NCBI GenBank assembly: GCA_016839585.1
Contig: JAEOTZ010000018.1
Span: forward strand, 32,001-96,000
DNA length: 64,000 nt
DNA from: Promethearchaeota archaeon
Lineage (GTDB): Archaea; Asgardarchaeota; Lokiarchaeia; Sigyniarchaeales; SOKP01
Direction of reading: 5' to 3'
Positions 59,096 through 64,000 of the stretch are shown in pieces (positions within the stretch are counted from its first letter, which is position 1; every line of letters starts with the position of its first letter). The translations under genes were made by a program, and so were the position numbers. A model generated the notes under the pieces. That model saw only the letters and a list, made by a program, of their open reading frames with translations. It was not told the origin of the DNA and made no database searches.

Positions 59096-62000
59096 TTACC
59101 TCGTTCTCACAGCATCTATAATGTTTAAGTTAGCCGCCCATTTTGCAGGATATCGTGAACTCAGAATTGTTGTAATTAAAACTGTTAATACCAAAATGCC
59201 AATAGTTAACCATGGAATCGTCCAAGTGACTGTAAGAAATCCACCTGCAGGCATCGTATCAACCATTAAATAACCTTGTACTAATCCTGCGAATATGCCT
59301 GTAAATACACCTAGAAGTGCCAAGATTAAAGTTTCTCCCGATATTGAACGTATTACACCCTTTTTACTTAATCCTATTGATCTGAGCATTCCTATTTCCC
59401 TCCTACGTGCCATGGTTGTTAGTAGACTATGAAGTGTTAATCCAATCATAGCAATTATTATTGAAAAAATAAGTAAGCCGTTAGTTATGAAAGTAACTAA
59501 GTTAAGCATAGTTCTGAAAATAGAACTCGCAAACGATTTGGTGAAACCAAAAATCACAAGATATCCTTTGTCTTCTATATATCCTAATATTTCTTCTAAT
59601 ACATCCTCATCACTTACTCCCTTCTCCACCCATGCAAACCAATCATATACATTAGTTCTAATTATAAGAGTGAAAGTTTTAAGATCAATAAGCGACCAGG
59701 ATCCTCCTGCCATAAAAAATAGATTTGGCAGTAGTAGGTCCTTAATAGTTGTAATATTTTCTGGTTGATCACAATGAACAAGTATTGAAGTTACCTTATC
59801 ATTGGAGTAATTGGATCCCCTATAATCAGGATATATAATGTTTCGTGCTTGTTCGTAATTTATATATATAGTATAATTTCTACTTACATCGTAACCTGTT
59901 TCAAAACCAGCATACCAATCATATCTTTCTGCATTATACAAAGTTGGTGCTTCTATAATACCAATAATTTCAAATTTTGGCCATTCTGGGAATAAAGGGT
60001 TGACTGGGGAATAAACTGAGGTAGCTACTCCAAATTTTAGACTATCAATAGTTAAATTATAGTTGTTATTAAATGTAGAGTTATACCCTCTTATTCTTAA
60101 CTTGAGATCTCCAATCGGATCAATAAATTGATGATTTAAATCGAAAATAAAAGTGTTATTATCTTCTATAATATTATTAATAGGACCTAGTTCTTCAAAT
60201 GTGTTAGTGTAAATATTAAATACTTCTAAATTGAGAGAATCCACAGTCGAATTCACAGAGCTCTCTATTGTAACATTGATAGCTTTATAAAAATTAGTAG
60301 GTAAGAAATTTACCGTAATATTTACAGCAAGCCATTCCTGATTACTCACAAATGATAAGTAAACATCATCAGAGTCAGTTAAATTTGAAACACTACCTGA
60401 TACCGAAGTATAATTATAAGGAGGAATAAAGGTTGGAATACTCCCTGCAGAAATAGTATCCAAAATGAATTCTTGTGGAAAAATAGAAATATTATCACCA
60501 ATTCCTATCGAAGGATTATATTTTATGAATGTTTCATCAACCACACACACTTGTTCTGTTGTATTTAGGAGTTCTTCCATCGAAGATCCAGCATATCCAC
60601 TATTATTTCCAAAATATGAATCAGATCTTAATTTTCCACTTGAATTTGTATGAATACCTACGACTGAAGATGCATAGTCTATTACTGAACCATTAAAAGA
60701 TGTAGGTGTAAAATAGTCCATTCTTGTCGTATAATATTCAATTCCGACAATGCTATTTAAAATTGATTCCACGGTTGAAAAATTAAACCAATTTGGCTGA
60801 ACTATATCCAACATAGGATTTCCAGTTTGAGTTAATTGTCGAAAAACCATATCTGTTCCTCCACCGGGTAGGTTTTCAGATGCAACTTCTTCATAAGTAT
60901 TCCAAGAAATAAACATGTTATAGGTTTCTCCTTCGCTTTGTAATCCTAAGAGATTAAGTGTTGAGAAGCCTTGTATACTCCTAACAATTGCAATTACACT
61001 CATATTTATTACAATAGTATCTTCATGCGCATTATAATAATCTCCATAGATTAATGCTGTAAGGTTCGCATAAGTTATACCGAGAGAAAATTTAACAGAT
61101 AAATTTTCACCAACTTTCACATCATAGTTATCAGCAAATTTTTTATCAATTATGATTTTATTTCCAGTATCAAGTTCATCCATCATTTCACTAAGAGACA
61201 TTGATGAAGGGGATATAATTTCAGTTTTAGTCATATGTCTTTTAACTTTAGCTGGATCTATTATATTCATCATAATAGATTGATTAAATTCAATATCAAG
61301 TAAGCTATGCCCTATCCATTCACTATTTATTTGAATAAGGGCATTTTGATGGCTTACACCCATTACATCTTCTACTCCTGATTGATTAAGAAGTCCATCT
61401 TCAAAAGACCTGGGAGTATTATATGTATATACTCGAATATCAGCACCCATAAAGTTATTAACTGTAGTATTAATACCTGCTCTCATTGAATCCATCATAA
61501 CACTTATTCCAATAAGAAAACTCGTTGTCAAAGCAATCATCGTGAATGTAAGAGTTGTTCTTCTCCGGTGTCTTAAGATGTTCTTTTCTGTTAACAATTT
61601 TGTTTTCCGGAGATATGGAGAGAAAACCATTACAAAAGCTTTATTAATCGGTCTTAAACTAAGTGCTAATAACCATATAATCCCAAATAATATTAGTATA
61701 GGAGCAAACATTGTAAGTACCACACCTTGGGGTGGACCTGGGCTTGTCTGAACCTCAGTAGTGGTTTCAGGTGCAGAATACATAAGCCAAAAACCAGAGT
61801 AAATAAGTAAACCTCCTAAAATAAAGAAGATAAGTTTTTTCCAAATATGTTTTCTCTCTCTTTTAGACTTTTCTTCAAGAGGATTTAAATTTTCAATAAT
61901 AGGCTTACGACTTGCTTTCCAACTAGGATATAGTGAGGCAACAATACAAGAAACTAAACCTACTATAAATGTTAATGCTAAAGTTGTTGGATATAAAACG

Positions 62001-63238
62001 ACAGTAAAATCTGAAATTACCATTCCTCCCACTTGAGCTGCAATATCCTTAATAGTCTGTAATGTGACTGAAAAAATTACGTATGATATGAAGTAAGAAC
62101 ATATTGTTCCAAAAAACGCTCCGATTACTCCCATTACTACTCCTTGAGTTAAAAACATCTTAAAGGTTTCTGTTTTAGATGCTCCTATTGCTTGAAACAT
62201 CCCAGTCTCATATTCCTGCTCTTTCTTAATAATATTAAAAATATTCCACATTAGTATTATTGAAAGGATTAATGCAATTATACCGAACATCAAAAACATG
62301 GTACGCATCGTACTCATTGTAGTCTCTATCATCTCTATACTGTCAGATTTTAAATCATTAACTTTCCAATCCCTTCCATCATTAAGGTCTGCTAAGCGGG
62401 TTTCTATTTTCTTAACAACAGAAGCAGTCTTATATATATCATCAACACCTACAACGCCCAGATTATATTCACCAGTATGATTTTCTATACCATCTACGAG
62501 TTGATGCGTATTATTAATATTTACAAATATACCTGGGCCTTGGGAAAACATAGCCCCTGATGGATCTTCTGGATCAAAATCACGTGCTTCACCAATATCT
62601 CTTATTACAGCAACAACAGTATATTCGAGCCATGTCCCTGTATCTAAAGGATTATATCCTAATAGTTCTCCATCTTTTGGAAAAATCCAAATACTATCAC
62701 TTGCATTAAAATCTTTTCCTAATTGAATTTTTAATGATTCTGAAATTACTACTACTTTATCTCCATTAATTGGATCACTGTATTCAAGTAGTTCTTCAAT
62801 CGTGTCTTCATTACTAACTGAATCTAATATATATGGTTTCCCACCCAATTTTCGCTCATCTGCTTCTTGATGATCAAGACCATTTATCCCTGTCCTAGTA
62901 CTATTATCTACTTGATTCCCACTATCAGTTGCACTAGCAAAAACATTAAAACCAGATATCCTGTAGGCTATTAATTCAACATGTTTTATATCCTCGAGTT
63001 CACTATTAATCTCATCGGGATCAAACCAACCATCAGTACTATTTGCAGATCTAATTAATATATCTGCAGTACCTAGTTGTTCATCAATTGTTTCAATCAT
63101 CATTACTTCGAAAGAATCAGAGACAATCATAACACCTCCAAACAAGGCAACACTAATGACTAATGTGATAGTTGTTAAAATATAGCGTAACTTTCGCCTT
63201 CTCATATTACGTAAAGCAATTTTAAGTATTACACCCAT
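59096..63238 (-). CDS. Large FtsX/MacB-like ABC permease (two FtsX modules, expanded ectodomain)
   Basis: ALRNMRRRKLR, ETGMFQAIGA, RRREIGMLRSIG, YPAKWAA. Confidence 0.88.
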   Translation of the reverse strand: MGVILKIALRNMRRRKLRYILTTITLVISVALFGGVMIVSDSFEVMMIETIDEQLGTADILIRSANSTDGWFDPDEINSELEDIKHVELIAYRISGFNVFASATDSGNQVDNSTRTGINGLDHQEADERKLGGKPYILDSVSNEDTIEELLEYSDPINGDKVVVISESLKIQLGKDFNASDSIWIFPKDGELLGYNPLDTGTWLEYTVVAVIRDIGEARDFDPEDPSGAMFSQGPGIFVNINNTHQLVDGIENHTGEYNLGVVGVDDIYKTASVVKKIETRLADLNDGRDWKVNDLKSDSIEMIETTMSTMRTMFLMFGIIALILSIILMWNIFNIIKKEQEYETGMFQAIGASKTETFKMFLTQGVVMGVIGAFFGTICSYFISYVIFSVTLQTIKDIAAQVGGMVISDFTVVLYPTTLALTFIVGLVSCIVASLYPSWKASRKPIIENLNPLEEKSKRERKHIWKKLIFFILGGLLIYSGFWLMYSAPETTTEVQTSPGPPQGVVLTMFAPILILFGIIWLLALSLRPINKAFVMVFSPYLRKTKLLTEKNILRHRRRTTLTFTMIALTTSFLIGISVMMDSMRAGINTTVNNFMGADIRVYTYNTPRSFEDGLLNQSGVEDVMGVSHQNALIQINSEWIGHSLLDIEFNQSIMMNIIDPAKVKRHMTKTEIISPSSMSLSEMMDELDTGNKIIIDKKFADNYDVKVGENLSVKFSLGITYANLTALIYGDYYNAHEDTIVINMSVIAIVRSIQGFSTLNLLGLQSEGETYNMFISWNTYEEVASENLPGGGTDMVFRQLTQTGNPMLDIVQPNWFNFSTVESILNSIVGIEYYTTRMDYFTPTSFNGSVIDYASSVVGIHTNSSGKLRSDSYFGNNSGYAGSSMEELLNTTEQVCVVDETFIKYNPSIGIGDNISIFPQEFILDTISAGSIPTFIPPYNYTSVSGSVSNLTDSDDVYLSFVSNQEWLAVNITVNFLPTNFYKAINVTIESSVNSTVDSLNLEVFNIYTNTFEELGPINNIIEDNNTFIFDLNHQFIDPIGDLKLRIRGYNSTFNNNYNLTIDSLKFGVATSVYSPVNPLFPEWPKFEIIGIIEAPTLYNAERYDWYAGFETGYDVSRNYTIYINYEQARNIIYPDYRGSNYSNDKVTSILVHCDQPENITTIKDLLLPNLFFMAGGSWSLIDLKTFTLIIRTNVYDWFAWVEKGVSDEDVLEEILGYIEDKGYLVIFGFTKSFASSIFRTMLNLVTFITNGLLIFSIIIAMIGLTLHSLLTTMARRREIGMLRSIGLSKKGVIRSISGETLILALLGVFTGIFAGLVQGYLMVDTMPAGGFLTVTWTIPWLTIGILVLTVLITTILSSRYPAKWAANLNIIDAVRTR

Positions 63239-63367
63239 TTTTTCCTTAACTCTTTTTTTTTATAGATTTAATATTAAATATTTTTTATTTGAAGATTAGT
63301 TAAAACAAGTTTCAATCGATTAAATATTGATTGATTATAACTTATCATTTAATAAAACATATAAATA

Positions 63368-63386
63368 TATCGATCAGTGCTCGATA
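63368..63386. promoter_or_regulatory. Candidate TetR operator palindrome
   Basis: TATCGAtCAgTGcTCGATA in the divergent intergenic region; a second imperfect inverted repeat TCAATCGAT-n5-ATTGATTGA at 63312-63334. Confidence 0.5.
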
Positions 63387-63453
63387 ACTTTAAATTATTT
63401 TTAAACAATATTAATATTAATATTCAATTTATATAATCAAAATCTTGAAAAAT

Positions 63454-64000
63454 ATGGTCCAGATTGAAGGTAAAGAAAAGATATTAAAAGTTGCTGAAGA
63501 ATTAATAGTAAAAAACGGGTATAATACAATTAGTGCAAGGAAAATTGCAAGAGATGCGAAAATGAGTATTGGAACGTTATATCACCATTTCCCAAACGGC
63601 AAATTATCTATCTTATATGAAATCATACTTTCTTATAGAAATGAATTCTTAGAGGATTTTGATTTTTCCAAGATTGAACAATTTGACAATCCAGAAATAG
63701 CTAAGGATTATTTAATAACAATAATAGAACAACATCGTAAATTTGCACCATTAATAAAAGGGTTTGAAGTAGAACTGTTGACTAATAAAAAACTCTTAGT
63801 AGATTTAGATAATCTTATTAAATCGCAAGAAATTCGTTTTGAAAAGTTTTTTACCGATATAATTTTAAGATTTTACCCAGATATAAAAGAACCAGAGAAA
63901 ACTTTTTCAATTATAACAAGAATTTTTACCACTATTATACATACACATGTTATTTTTGAAAATTTTTATGGAACAGATGATGATTTAGTAGAAATATTAT
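63454..64000 (+). CDS. TetR/AcrR family transcriptional regulator (3' end outside window; absent from ORF track)
   Basis: MVQIEGKEKILKVAEELIVKNGYNTISARKIARDAKMSIGTLYHHFPNGK; frame is open to the window end. Confidence 0.9.
   Translation, partial: MVQIEGKEKILKVAEELIVKNGYNTISARKIARDAKMSIGTLYHHFPNGKLSILYEIILSYRNEFLEDFDFSKIEQFDNPEIAKDYLITIIEQHRKFAPLIKGFEVELLTNKKLLVDLDNLIKSQEIRFEKFFTDIILRFYPDIKEPEKTFSIITRIFTTIIHTHVIFENFYGTDDDLVEIL

Noticed and set aside
2233-62480. Numerous 60-130 aa ORFs overlapping longer genes (e.g. 9389-9790, 10768-11103, 33695-34057, 40315-40683, 54996-55325)
   Set aside because: Antisense or alternate-frame shadows of well-supported genes, with no recognisable motifs.

Overview
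AT-rich archaeal chromosome segment, most likely from an Asgard archaeon (Lokiarchaeia/Promethearchaeota). The assignment rests on a two-selenocysteine MvhD with a eukaryote-like AUGA/AA/GA SECIS, a longin-GTPase fusion, a V4R protein, and expanded beta-oxidation and zinc-ribbon membrane protein families. The window runs from the 3' part of an hdrA-mvhD-fdhB-like locus, through metabolic, transport and signalling genes, to a truncated TetR gene. The standout observation is that the class I GAPDH gene is interrupted inside the conserved W-Y-D-N-E motif by a 30-nt insert (11551-11580) whose unspliced frame contains three stop codons. The insert and its flanks fold into a canonical bulge-helix-bulge (BHB) motif, and canonical cleavage precisely restores TGG-TAT-GAT-AAT-GAA. 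This predicts a tRNA-type (EndA/RtcB-spliced) intron in the mRNA of a central-metabolism enzyme. Other notable items are a structured leader with a 9-aa sORF between two MFS genes, a cluster of three LMW phosphatases with macrodomain, SIR2-TPR and zinc-ribbon membrane protein genes, an enoyl-CoA hydratase with a DnaJ-type zinc knuckle, and a TrmB-like protein with a very long helical insert. No rRNA, tRNA, CRISPR array or transposase was recognised.
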